Shown: piece by piece, positions 1-12,772 of the stretch
Layout of the letters: the number at the start of each line of letters is the position of its first letter
How positions within the stretch are numbered: position 1 is the first letter of the stretch
Assembly (NCBI RefSeq): GCF_009834535.1
Contig: NC_045697.1
Location: forward strand, 101,186,001 to 101,250,000
Length of the DNA: 64,000 bases
DNA from: Camelus ferus
Lineage: Eukaryota
Direction of reading: 5' to 3'
Notes under the pieces: model-generated
Seen by the model: the letters and a program-made list of their open reading frames with translations, nothing else
The model's database searches: none
What the model was told of the DNA's origin: nothing
Program-made: the position numbers and the translations under genes

Positions 1-2550
1 TAGGAAATATAAATCCCCTAACTTCATTATTTTTTCAAGATGTTGTCTATTCTAGGTTTTGTGTGTTTCCATATAATTTTAGTATTAAATTGTCAATTTC
101 TATCCCTAAAGAATTTGCTGGGATTTTCATTGGAATTACATTGAATTTATAGATCAATTTTGGGAGAATTGACATTTTATTAAAATGGAGTTACTTAATC
201 CATAAACATGGGTTAAAAACCCTCTTTAAATCCTCTAAGCAAATTTTATAATTTTCATTGTAGAAGTATTGCACAAGTTTTATTAAATCTCTCTGATTAT
301 TTTACAGTTAGGGGATGGTTTTATAAATAATGTATCTAAAATGAATTTTCTATTATGCTGTACACCAGAAATTGATACAAAATTGTAAACTGACTTTACT
401 TCAATAAAAAAAGAATTTTCTGATTATTTCTGTATCTGTATAGAAATAGATTTCTGTAAAACTGGCCTTTACTCTATGGTATTTTTAAATTTACTTATTA
501 TTTCTAGTAGTTCCATTTTAGATTTGTCAAAATTTCCTACATACATATATCCTCTGTGAGTAATGACAGTTTTAACTATTCCTTTGAATTGTTATGACTT
601 TTATCTCTCCCTCTCTTGTCTTTTCATAATGACTAGGACCTGCAGTCCAATTTTGAAAAAAAATCAGACACTTTGCTGATTCCTGATCTTAACTAGAAAG
701 CATTCAGAATTTCACCATTAAGAATGATGTTTTCTGCAGAGATTTTACCATGAATGAGTGAATTTTTCAAATGCTTATTCTGTATCCATTGAGTTGGCAA
801 TATAATTTCTTCCTTTCTCCTGCTAATGTAGTACAATATAAGATTACTTCTTGAATGTTAAGCCAATCTTGCATTCCTGGGATAAACTCCAAATGCTCAT
901 GATAAATTATCCTTCTTTATATAATGGAATTGCTTTGCCAATATTTTGTTAAGGATTTCCCATCTCTGCTCATAAGGGATAACGGAATGTATTTTCTCCT
1001 AATGTCTCTAACTTTGGAATCATGATGTAATAAAGTTGGTTGTGAAGTGCTCATTCCTCTTATATTTTAAGAAAGTTTGTATCACATTGAAATTTGTCCC
1101 TCCTTAAATATATGATAGAATTTGTCAGTGAAGCCACACTGGCCTGGAGATTTCTCTATGAGGAAGTTCTGAATTACAAATGTAATTTGTTTCCCAGATA
1201 CAAGACTGCTCATATCTTTTATTTTTTCTCATGTAAGTTTTGGTTAAGTTGGGATTTTTAAGGACATTCATTTCATCCAAATCATAGAATTTATTGGCTT
1301 ATGTGTTTCAGTTTTTATATCCCCTTTTATTTCTCTTAATATCTTTAGGATATGTCATATATGCCTCTCTTTCAAATCCAGTATTGGTAATTCGTACTTC
1401 CTCTTTTCTTGATTAGTCTTGCTAGGAGTTTATCAACTTGATTAATCCTTTGGAAAAAACTACTTCTCGCCTTTTAACTTTTTGTCTTTTTTTATTTCAC
1501 TGATTTGTGTTTATTATTTCCTTTCTTCAGACTTACCTGACTTTAATTTTCTCTCCCTTTTCTAGTTTCTTAATGTGAAAACTTAGGTCACTGACTTTAA
1601 GTGTTTCTTCTTTCTTAATATAAACATTTAAAACTGTTCATTTGTTTCCAAACACTGCTCCAACTGCATCTCACAAATTTTAATGTGTGTGGTTTTGTTT
1701 TTATTTAAATTAAAGCATTTTCTAATTTTCCCTGGAAATTCTTCTTTGACCCATGAGTACCTTAAGTTGTGTTATTTAATTCCCAAACATTTGGTCAGTT
1801 TTCAGGTAACTTCTTTTTTTTACTAATTTAATCCTTGTCATCAGAGAAAGTACTCTGTAGAATGTCGATCTTTTGAAAGCTATTGGAACTTCTTTTCTGA
1901 TTCAGCACATGGTCTGTTTTGGCGAGGGCTCGGTAAGTACTGGAGAAGTGTGTGCTCTGCAGATGCTGAGAAAGGTATTCTACAAATAAAATTAGATCAA
2001 TTTGATACATGGTGTTTTCAAGTTTTTAATATACTTACTAACTTTTCTTGCTCTGTCAGTTACTGAAGGGGTTGTTAAAAATACTAAGGATGCTTGAGCA
2101 TTTCTGCATTTTCCCTTTAGTTCTGCCATTTGTGCTTCATGTACTTTAAACTCTGTTATGGGTGTATACATAATAGACTAGTTATGTTATCTGACATACG
2201 GACCCTTTATCATTATGAAATAGTTCTCTTTTTCAAGTAATAATCCAAGTCCTGAAGTTTACTTTGTCTAGTCTAAATTTAGCTACATCAGTTTTTTAAT
2301 TTCAGGTTATTATTTGCGTGCTGCATACATTCCCAACTTTCATCGCAATGTATATAGGTGTCTTTATGTTAACAATTCATCTGTTGTAGACAGCATGTAT
2401 TTTATTTTACTTCTTTGGTGGCCTCTTATTCATTTTATACCTCTTTGTGTCATTTTTTTAATGATAGTGCTAAATATTGCAGTTTACATCCTTAACTTGT
2501 CATGCTCTACTTCTGAGTATTGTGGGATCACTTCAGATAAAAGGTAAGAC
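1..2550 (-). mobile_element. Old, degenerate L1 (L1M-type) ORF2 region, antisense
   Basis: T-rich sequence with typical antisense L1 ORF2 stretches (gctgggattttcattggaattacattgaatttatagatcaattttgggagaattgacat; ccaatcttgcattcctgggataaactcc; cagtgaagccacactggcctggagatttct). No intact ORF. Confidence 0.85.
352..412 (+). mobile_element. Very short 5'-truncated L1 3' end inserted into the old L1
   Basis: attatgctgtacaccagaaattgatacaaaattgtaaactgactttacttcaataaaaaaa matches the L1 3' ends at 7104-7160 and 46140-46200. Flanked by a 9-bp TSD, gaattttct (343-351 and 413-421). Confidence 0.85.
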
Positions 2551-4495
2551 TCTAACAGCAACAGCACAATCCTATTTGCCCTCCTTTCAGTAAACATTCA
2601 GCAAAACCAATTTCCAATCTAATATATTTTGTAACACCATCTTCTGGAAGTTTACACCTTTAAAAAGCACAACAGAAAGTCAAGGCTCCATCTGCTAATG
2701 ATAAAAATCTCAGATTTATACAGAAGATACTGATAAGCTCCAGGACTTTTAAACTGGCTTTAAATCCACAAAATGTATCATAGTGTTTAATCTCTGCCTC
2801 ACTTAAAGTATATTTTAAGCAAATGGCTTATTGGCTAAACACAGGATAAATAAACCAAAGAGTCAAATTTGGAAATAATTATATCCACAAACAGTGCTAT
2901 ACTTACAGAAGAAAAACCATGTCTAAATTCTTGGTTTCCTTTTAATTTCATTGAATTTTTCAACGTTATCTTGAAACGACATTTCCCATCTTCTCCTACC
3001 AGTACATCATCACTGGCTTCAGTCATTGCACAGGAAGCCTACAGCATTCTTGGTGTATTGCTGAACAGAAGGATGCAAAGGCCTACCTCTTCTAATACAT
3101 GTCCACTCACTACCCACCGAAAAAATGAAAATTAAAAAAGTTTCAAAATGAGCTGAAGTAGATGACTGCTTGCAGTTTTGTGCCAAATAAGGCACAGATC
3201 ACATTTTCTAGCACAGAAAATAATAAAGATATTTAAAATGTAAAGACAAAACTGCAATCAAAGGACACATTATGTATACATACGTTAGCTATTTTTATGA
3301 GCCTTTAAAAGGACTTGAAATCATGATACAGCCTCTTATTTCTATCTTGTAACTGATTTTTTATCTTTATATTAACATTTATTGGGTGTTTTCATCAGAG
3401 AAATAAGTCAGTGTCCAAAAATGCTAACCCAAGCAATGTATGACTGGAACTCAGATCTACCAGGCTTTACCAATCACATCATTTTTCTAATGGGTAACTT
3501 GCTTCCCACAAAGCAATGTGACACAGAAATTAACTAAGAAAATTACAACCACCTTAACTTTTAAAAGCTGAAAATGACTGTGATTTTGTGAGAAAGCCAA
3601 CTGTCATTACACTGAATCCACCTATTTTAAAAAGTCTTATTTAGAGAAGAGTTTGTTTGAAATGCTCTGGTTTAGATGAGAAGATAGTCTTCACAATGTA
3701 TTATTAGAAGACAAATGTATGCGTTAGAATTGTCAAATACAGAAAGAGCGACCTGTGTGTCTTTGTAAATATCTAGTCTCAGGCTTTAAGAGAGGAAAGC
3801 AATTTTCCAAAATGTACAAAGAATTTTGATAAGTTATTCAGAAAGACTTCTTACCCTGTAAGGACTGGTTATCATCATCTTTGTAGCTGCATAATGCAGG
3901 CACTTTTCCTTTATTCCTGTGATCTGCCTTGGATCTCCAAGGATAAAGAAAAAAAAAAATCTATTCCATACAAGCCATTCAACCTATCTAGGGAGCTAGA
4001 ACGGAAGTTTAATACCACTGAGAAAAGCTCTGGTTGTTTACTGGACTTATAAGGAAGCCAATAGCCCAGCATTTTGAGAAAGAAAAATAGTATTTAATAG
4101 AGGCCTCAACCATACAAAATAACAATAACCAAATACCTGGGCACAAGGAGCTACTGTTAGCATTTGCCACTTGTTTAAAAGAAGGCTTAGTCAGGAAACA
4201 GTGGTTTAAATTAATGCAAAATAAAATTTAGAATAGGTTTGAATTGTGTTGATCTAAATGTAGACATATCTATAGTCTATGTTATCAGACAGACTTACAC
4301 TGAAGTAAACTAAGACTGCATTATGTTACTCAGGTTGTAAGATAATTTTGCTTCTTTGAGTGATTTTATTTTATTTCATTTTTTTTTCACCTTTTCCAGT
4401 TTTATTAGGTAGAATTCTTTGAGTGATTTTATTTACAAGCCATCTTTTGCCTGAGACATATTGCACAGGAACAGGAATTGCTTTCACCAGGAAAC

Positions 4496-4870
4496 TGTGA
4501 AAGGCATCCCATGGAATCAGCTATCCTGAGAATGTTGTCATCCATCACCCCAAAGGAGTCATAATTGCTAAAAGATATCAATTAACAATTCAACAATCCT
4601 CCAAGTATTCTTCCCTTTAACCAATAAAAAGACCAAACCGACGGACCATCAAAAAATTATTTAAATCCTGTTATGCCTTTAAAGAGTAATCTATATATCC
4701 CCTACCTTTACTCCTTTGCCCCTACTCCGACCCTACAATCTGAACAAAATCCCCTGATCCCATAAGATGACTGACATTTAAGTCACAAATAAAAGTCTAA
4801 AGGTCAAGTCCTCTGCCTGGCCTCAGGCTTCCCCCAGGGTGCCTCTTTGCAGCCTTAGAAAATATTACTC
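4496..4870 (+). mobile_element. Possible degenerate LTR of unknown family
   Basis: Begins TGTGA, with a TATA-like ctatatatc near 4692 and AATAAA at 4788-4793 followed by a short U5-like tail. No clear TSD. Confidence 0.25.
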
Positions 4871-5289
4871 GCTTTGAGAAGCAGGCTGGATTTTGGAAAT
4901 TAGCAAAATAAACTCAGGAGCTCTCTTCCCCTCCACAATAAGCTCTAAGATTTTTTGTCAAATCTGAATCAAACCACCAGCTAGCACTCTCAGAAGTGAG
5001 GGATGCCAAGCATGAGAGAACAGGCATGCACTCTCTTCCCCAAAACACAGGGCTTGGCAGGATTCTGAGGAACTCCACTGAAGCCCAAGAGCAAGATCCA
5101 GTAAACAGTACTTTTGGAGACAAACTTAGTGCTTAAAACCATGTGTACTACTCCTGAGAAGGTTGACTTAATAAACTCTGGTGTCTCCTGCACTATGGAG
5201 TAGAGAAAGTGCATCAGGCAGATTGAATCTCCCTAACCTTGAGGCCAGAAGATTACAAAGACACTTGAGAACCGAATGGCTTTTCAAGG

Positions 5290-5452
5290 AGCAATAATCA
5301 TTGTAAATTCTTGCAGTTGTAAATTCTTTCTCTACTTCTTTGATATATAAATCTTCTTCTAGCCTCTGGCCAATTTTACAACCCAGAAATGTCTTTCTCA
5401 AGGATCCTGGAGCCAGCCCTTTGAAATGTAAGCATCAAGAAAGATAGTACCC
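5290..5452 (+). mobile_element. ERV1-class LTR fragment (MER89/MER90-like), truncated at an L1 junction
   Basis: Aligns by eye with 12881-13025 in this window (ttgcagttgtaaattctttctctacttctttgatatataaatcttc vs ttgtaactgtaaattctttctctgcctctttgatgtgtaaatcttc). Confidence 0.75.
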
Positions 5453-6450
5453 AGAAGAAATAGATCATCTGAATAAGCCTGTATCTATTACAGAAATTGA
5501 ATCAATAATTTAAACCTTTCCCAAACAGAAAGGAAAAAACAGAAGGGTTCAGTGGTAAATTCTACCAAGTATTTAAGGTAGAAATTATATCCATTTTCTA
5601 CAATCTCCTTTAAAGAACACAGGCAGAGGGAATACTTCCTAACTCTTTCTATTCTAATACCAAAAACCGACAGAGGCATTACAAGAAAAGAAAACTAGAT
5701 CAATATGTCTGATGAAAGTAGATGCAAAAATCCTCAACAAAATATTAGCAAATTGAATTCAAAAAGCATAACAAGAATTACAAGACAACCAGTTGGGATT
5801 TATCCCAGGTATGCAAGACTGGCTCAACATTCAAAAATCAATTCATGAAATCTATCACATCAACAGGCTAAAGAAGAAAAATTCATATCAATTGATGCAG
5901 AAAAAGCATTTGACAAAATGCAACTTTCACTCGTGACCAAAACTCTCAGAAAATCAGAATAGAGGGGAATTTTCTCATTTTGATAAAAAACATGTACAAA
6001 AAGCCTACAACTAAGACCATATTTAATGCTAATAAAAGCAAAACTTTCCCACTAAGATCAGGTGCATGGCAAGGGTGTCCCTTCTCACTCCTTTTCAATA
6101 TGGTACTGGAAGTCCTTGCTAATACAATTAACACACACAAAAAAAATTTCTTAAAGAAAAGATACATAGACTGAAAAAAAGACACAAATGGTTTTTGTTC
6201 ACGGATAACATGATCATCTATGTAAAAAATCTGAAAAAAATTTGACCAAAAAACTCATGGAACTAATAAACAATTATAGCAAGGTTGCAGGACAGAAGGT
6301 TAATTTACAAAAGTCAAATGCTTTCCTATATACCAACAACGTACAAGTGGAATTTGAAATTAAAATCACAATGCTACTTACATTAGCACCCACAAAAATA
6401 AAATACTTAGGTATAAATCTAATAAAATATGTGCAAGATCTATGTGGGGA
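5452..6450 (+). mobile_element. L1 ORF2 fragment (reverse transcriptase region), frameshifted
   Basis: ORFs 5980-6174 (FPLRSGAWQGCPFSLLFNMVLEVLA) and 6242-6454 (LINNYSKVAGQKVNLQKSNAFLYTNN...KYLGINL) are L1 RT motifs. DNA includes attgatgcagaaaaagcatttgacaaa. Confidence 0.95.
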
Positions 6451-6559
6451 CTGACAGCTGGTGTCACAGACCCACAGATGTAGAAATTGTAATGCCTTTG
6501 CCTGTCTGTAGAATATCCCAACAACAAGGCCTAAACCAAGATGATAAAACAAAGTAACC

Positions 6560-7780
6560 TTACATCTCATTTTTGGAAACTAGCAGCAAGAGATAAAAGG
6601 AAAATTAGAGCAATCAGAAAACCTGGACAGAAAAATAGTACTTCTGGAAAAGATAAATGGATATTTGAATAAAATATGCTTCAGATCAGACACACATGTG
6701 CACATGCAGACACACACACACAGAGTTAATAAACTTGATTTCCAAACTAAAGATTTCATTAAATGAAATGCAGTTGTGGATTACCACTGCTAGGAACCAA
6801 AATTGTGGCTTGAAAGGTTAAGAATCCAAGAGTCCTATTACAATGAACTCATCTACAAAACAGAAACAGACTCACAGACATAGTAAACGATCTTATGGTT
6901 ACCGGGGGAAAGGGGGTAGAAAGGGATAAACTTGGGAGTTTGTGATTTGCAAAGGTTAACCACTATATATAAAATTAGATAAAAAGCAATTTTCTTCTAT
7001 ATAGCACAGGGAACTATATTCAATATCTTGTAATAACCTTTAACAAAAATTTAATGAAAAATATGAAAATGAATATGTGTGTGTGTGTATGCATGACTGG
7101 GACATTATGCTGTATACCTGAAATCAACACATTGTAACTGACTGTACTTCAATAAAATAAATAAATGAAATAAAATAAAGTCCTATTATAAAATTCAGAG
7201 CAAAAAAAATAATGACTAGGAAAAGATAAAGGAAAAGATAAGAGATAAGAGACTTGGAGGATAGATATGACCTAATATTCAAATAATATAAACTTTAGAA
7301 AAAGAAAAAGAACAGATAAAGGCAAAGTGATAACTGAGCCACAGTAGAAGAGAATTTTTCTGAGCTGAAGAATCATTTAAATGGACATTTGAAATGACTC
7401 ACCCAGTTCTAGACTTCATTGCTAAGAAAAGATATATTCCCAGGCCTATGCAGTTAAAATTTCAGAATTCTGAACACAGACAACATAATGCATGAGCTTA
7501 AAACCACAAAGAACGAGTTAAGTAAAAGAAAAGAAAATCACATCAGTGTGAGATTTCTCACAGGAATCCCTGGTAGCTATTAGACAGTGGAATAAAATTT
7601 AGAACTAACTGAAAGACAGACCTGTCAACGTTAGAATCCTTTCATCAGCCCCGATATCTGTCACCCATCAGGGTGAAAAAACAGTATTTGAGGACAGGTG
7701 ATAATATAGAGAGAATCACCAATATCCTCTATATGAAGAAAATAATTGGAAAAATACTCTAACCAAACAACCAGGTCAGA
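6560..7780 (+). mobile_element. Highly degenerate L1 ORF1-like / HAL1-like sequence, interrupted by a younger L1 at 6841-7178
   Basis: A-rich remnants resembling L1 ORF1 (gacttggaggataga, gaagagaatttttctgagctgaag, ttagacagtggaataaaattt, tagaatcctttcatcagcc). Confidence 0.55.
6841..7178 (+). mobile_element. 5'-truncated lineage-specific L1 3' UTR with A-rich tail
   Basis: aatgaactcatctacaaaacagaaacagactcacagacatag...tatagcacagggaactatattcaatatcttgtaataacc...cttcaataaaataaa. Perfect 10-bp TSD agtcctatta (6831-6840 and 7179-7188). Confidence 0.95.
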
Positions 7781-7939
7781 AATTTTGAGATGAGGGAAGG
7801 TGAGTCAAGTAAAGCAAAGTGACTGGGCTGAAATGGTTAGGTTTTATGCACATGATTATGAGTGCCGAGAAAGTGAAGGCCATTGTCCAAGATAACGGAG
7901 GCGCTCAGAAGGGTACTTTGAAATAATATACAAAAAATA

Positions 7940-10190
7940 GCCTTTAGCTTTTACCTTCTCTAGCAATGATAAACTTGAAAATAAAATTTTAAAGTATACC
8001 ATTTATAATGCTTACAAGCATCACAAAATACTGGGAGAGTAAAAATGGCATAAGACGTGTGATACGTGGAAAAAAAAACATACAATTCTACTGAAAGATA
8101 TTAAACAAGATCTGAACCAAACAGGAAGGTCCTCAGGTAGGAAGACATGAAAGCATAAAAATGACAATTTTCCCACAAATTAGCACATACATTCAATGGA
8201 ATTACAAGTAGAATCTCAACAGGACTTTACATAGGATTGAATAAAATATTTCGGGAATTACAGGAGGAATAGGTGTCTAAGAACAGCTAGCAAAATTGTG
8301 TAATGGAAGAACAATGAGGAGGTACTTAAGAACTGTGATACAGTCAATGTATTATCATATTTGATATGTACTGGTACAGAAATACACAGATCAATGGAAT
8401 GAAAGTGAGCCTAGAAATGGATCTTGCTAATGGTGATTAGCAGACAAATAATAGAATATTAAATAAGTATGCTGGCACAATTAGCTATCTTAAAAATGCA
8501 ATGGTTTACCCCTATTTTATATCATATGCAAAAACCAAATTCCTGATTAATTATAAACTTGATTGTTAAAAAAAATAGTTAAGTGACAGCAATATTTGGT
8601 CAAGGGACAGAAAATCCTAGACAAGATTGGAACCCACAAATTGTATCTATCTGATTATATGAAACCTTTTCTGAGGCAAATAAGTCAATAGACAAATGCC
8701 AAGCAAATGTGAGGCCAAAGATCAGTTATTCATAATCTACAAATGTATTCAAAGTATTAAAATAATAGGAAAAAGACAAACAGCTGGATAGAAATATGAG
8801 CAAAAGATTATGAAAGGACAGTTCACAAAGGAAAAATGTTTAAATCTATCAATAGTTGGGGAAATGGAAATAAAACACAATGAAATATCACTTTACATCG
8901 AACTTCCAAAGATTAAAAAAAAAAAAGCTGTAACATCAAATACTGGCAAGGGTGTGGGAGAAAAAGGCACTCTACTGTATTTCTGGGAGTGCAAAGTGTT
9001 GCAGCCTTTTTGGAAGGCAGTATAGCAAAATCTATTGGAATTATAAATGCTTTTACTTTCCCACTCCTGGGAATATGCTCCATAGACTAAAAGCCCCAGT
9101 TCATTAACACTCATGTACGGGATGATTATTGCTCTTCTGTTCCTTTTCACCAAAAATAAACACAGAAACAAAAGCAAAGCCTTGTTAAGTGAATGCCCAT
9201 AATAGGGGAATGGCTGAATGAATGATGACATACTACACAATGGAATATTACTCAGTTATTAAAGAGAGTGACTTAGAGGTTTACCAGTTCACTTGGAAGT
9301 ATTTCATTCAAGGGTAGCAAAATATGTCACTTTAGCCTATGGATTATTGAGAGCTGAAGGTCAAGAGAAGCTCCCCCCCTGCCTCCCCTTTATCTGTCTG
9401 AAAGCAGAGCATACACTCCTCTTATGAAGGTTTCTCCCTCCCTACTTCTCATACCACGAATGGGATAATAATTTTATTACTGGAGATAAAATGGCACTGA
9501 GACAAGGTCTACACAAACCTTGCTAACTAGCCTGATCCACCATTAGTATCCCCGTATACTTGTCCTCCCTCAAGTTGCCACCCCGAGAAGCTCAAAGTCC
9601 TTTTCTTTGTCTTGTTCGTCTCTATTGTTCTTTGGTAAGATGCTAAGTCCAAATTCTCACAACCCATTTGAGTCACTAATCACTGAATTTTCTCCAGCAT
9701 GAAGTGTATGGCACGTGTTAATAAACTGTTTTCCTGTTGTTGATGTGTTGTTTTGTCAATCAGTCTAATTTAAAGAAACTCAGGCAATGAACCTAAGATG
9801 GGTAGAAGAAAATGGTTTTTTTCCCTCCACACCATACCGTACTGTTGAATCAGAAAAGTACAGAAAAATGTGTAAAATATAATTATTTGCAATATAAGTG
9901 ATTACAAATAAACATATAAAGGATTGCAAATCATATAAGCATATTTATACCATCATAGTATCATATGAAACAGAAAGTTGGAAGGATAAATATTAGGACG
10001 CCACCAAGAATTGCCACGCTGCTGGAAGCAGTTAGGATGGTGATTTGTGTTGAAGATGGAGGAGAACAGGAAAAAATCAGATCAAAAAAAAAAAAAAAAA
10101 AAAGAATAGAAAAAGGACTATCAAAAAATTGGAAACTATCCAAATATGCAAAATTACATTCATGAATATAATTTTTAAAATTTACAAACG
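7940..10190 (+). mobile_element. Old L1 (L1ME-like) ORF2 3' end and 3' UTR, split by an LTR at 9308-9831
   Basis: ORF 8810-9025 ends in GKGVGEKGTLLYFWECKVLQPFWK, a degenerate L1 ORF2 C-terminus. DNA includes caatggaatattactcagttattaaa. Confidence 0.85.
9308..9831 (+). mobile_element. ERV1 solo LTR, MER34-like
   Basis: 5' aaatatgtcactttagcctatggattattgagagctgaagg; AATAAA near 9720; 3' end gaacctaagatgggtagaagaaaatggttttttccctccaca. Imperfect 4-bp TSD tcat/ccat. Confidence 0.8.
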
Positions 10191-10264
10191 GTGATCACTC
10201 TGTTAACTTTAAAGCTATTTCCTCTGTGACTAGGAAAGTTTCTTTGGGTATTTTCAGGAAATGA

Positions 10265-10510
10265 CAGGGAGGCAGTGGGCCCACAAGCTCTGGTGTTGGA
10301 CAGCAGAGTTCATGTCCCAGCCCCGTCCTGGACTGGAGGGGAGACTTCCACTGCATTGCATTGTTCACTTTCCCAATTCAAAATGTCCTTATTTATGAAA
10401 TAAGGTTGTGAAAATAAAATGCAACAATGCAATTAAACTGCTTAGGACAGCATCTGATCCATACTAAATGCTCAATAAATATCACTATTAATATTATCAT
10501 TCTTATTATA
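10265..10510 (+). mobile_element. MIR SINE
   Basis: Core and 3' end: ggttgtgaaaataaaatgcaacaatgc...cttaggacagcatctgatccatactaaatgctcaataaatatcactatta. Confidence 0.75.
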
Positions 10511-10824
10511 GTTACTGCAAAGGGACCAGTTGTAGGTCCATGTTAGATAAAAGGAGGAGAGGAGGGCAGCAAGACGGTTTTGACGTTCAAGCATAAATGA
10601 CTTGGAATTATGTTGCTATATTTTAAATTCTCCATCCTAGGCTTTGATTGGGTAGCAGAGAAAGTCAAAACGTTTTAACATGACCTTCAAAATTCTTGAA
10701 ATTGGTCTTTCACCCAAGTGCGACAACTCTCCTACACCCAGACATTCTATTTGTTTCCCAAGCAATTCCTGCGATACCTACTCAGAGATACTATTAGGGT
10801 CAAACAAGGGAGATGCTGACTCAC

Positions 10825-11000
10825 GTTTTTTGATAACCTATTACGTGCCAGGCACTGTGCTATATGCAGTAATACTGAAAAGTACATTCTATCTCCCCCA
10901 TTTTGCAAAGGTACTAATATTCTCATAGTTAAATGAATGTCCAAATTCGTTTTAATGCTAGCCATGTCTAGTTCCAAATCTCAGGTTTGTCTAATCAATT
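10825..11000 (-). mobile_element. MIR SINE fragment
   Basis: acctattacgtgccaggcactgtgcta...atctcccccattttgcaaag is antisense MIR. Confidence 0.65.
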
Positions 11001-11239
11001 GTCGCCATCAGTGTACACATGTCTATAAAGAGTAAATATTCTAAGAGTTTAAAAGTCGCCCGATATCTCATGGGAGGTTTCGGCTGTCTTAGAGTCTTGG
11101 CTGAGGTCCTAAAATCGAGGATAGCAGGTGATAAATGTTCACACATTCTAAATAGAGGTGCCAGACACTCCTACACAGATTTGCTGAAATATATCTAAAC
11201 ATGTTCCTATCTTCTTTGTCATCTATCACCAGTCTATAC

Positions 11240-11830
11240 AAGGTTGATTCGGTAATGGAGCTTTTAAGAAAACTTGTTAGGAGAGAAGAGGGTGGGAGTT
11301 TCATCTCCCCACTTCCAGACTATGTTCAGGAACCACCCCATTACAGAAGGAGCTAGTTACTGGGCATGTGAGACACAGGGCACTGTGCCAGACTACAAGA
11401 GCACCAGACTTAAATGAACGTGTCCCTTTATTTGTTTCTTAGTCCCACCTCAATCTTGGAGGACGCCTAGACTTCAGAGCTTTGGGAGAAAAGGTGTGTA
11501 AAAGCAAAATGGGGGGAAAAGTGCAAAGGCAGAAAATACCCCCCACTTCCTTTACCACTGTTGGTCTGGGGAACTCTTGCGTCAGGACTGAGCTGGAAAG
11601 ATAGATGCCTTAAATGGGATTAGAGGTGAAAGTTAAGATATGTGATTGTCCTATGCTTTACTATCAGTAAATGACAGCTCTAATATCCAAAGACCACCCT
11701 AATATTCTTTCTGGAAAGATCTAGGATCTTTCTAGATAATCCCCAGCGGCAGAGACGGGAGGTCCCACAAAGTCTGTTCAAGGGCAGTGGTGGGAGAAGG
11801 AATAAGGCCATTTTGTGACCATCCCTCACT
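11240..11830 (+). mobile_element. Possible ancient LTR remnant (LTR78/LTR79/MamGyp-like)
   Basis: Loose compositional and motif resemblance to 47950-48840 only. Confidence 0.25.
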
Positions 11831-11899
11831 GACTGGTGACATAAGGAAACATTATTTCTCCCCTCTGCATTGTCTGACATTGTTCACATACGTTGTTTT

Positions 11900-12140
11900 C
11901 TCGAAATTCTGCCCAGCATTCTAGTCTCGCCTTCCATGACCCTGCTTCCATAATATCTCCGAATAAATTAATCTTTCTTTTTTATGTTCACAGCCTTACA
12001 CCCAATCAATTATACAGTTTTGTAGCCATGAGTATAGTCAGACCCCTCTGAAATAGTGAGCTGCTTCAGGACGCATACAGAGACTTGTCTTTTTATTCCC
12101 AGTTCTTGGCACAGTGTCTTGCTCAGGCTAAATGTTCAGT
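11900..12140 (+). mobile_element. L2 3' end fragment
   Basis: agtgagctgcttcaggac...gacttgtctttttattcccagttcttggcacagtgtctt. Confidence 0.5.
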
Positions 12141-12772
12141 ACTAGCTGATTAAATTGCTGTGGAATAAATTGATAATTGAAATCAGTCACAGAATGTAGG
12201 ACCATGATATATCTGCTGTGCCCCAATATCTCTAGAGGATAAACCCAGAAATCATCCTGCACACAGCAGAACACTGTGTCTGCTTTCCTGTGGACTTCCC
12301 AGAGAAGAGTCACCGTCATTCTGACGCAGCTGAACATCCATGAAAAGGGAGACCCAGATGTCATCCATGCACAGAGCAAACAACTATTAGGCACCTATAA
12401 TTTGTCAGGCCTCAAGCATGAAAAATAAAGAAGCCAGCACCTGGCCTGTTCTTTTAACTTTTGTTTACAGCCATTTAAAATGGATCTCAGTTTGGAAAAT
12501 GTATATTCATCATTTGCTGAGAGCCCTGGCAGCTTAAACTCGGAGCTGATGGAACTCTGGTTATGAGTTGTCAGCTCGCGGAGATGAAGACATGGAAACA
12601 GAGGTAGGCATAGGCTGAGGGTGAAAAAACAGGCCATGGCACCAACACCAGCCCCTTCCATAGACATCCTCTACTGCGAGTGTGCGACGGTTGCGTAAAT
12701 CCCAGCCCAGCCTTTGACTTAATAATGGAATGTCCTGGAATTACGCTAAGTATACAAAGCTTACCATAACCC

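Noticed and set aside
12395..12667. 90-aa minus-strand ORF with a protein-like middle section
   Set aside because: No recognisable homology and weak minus-strand splice sites; the plus-strand splice signals are stronger.
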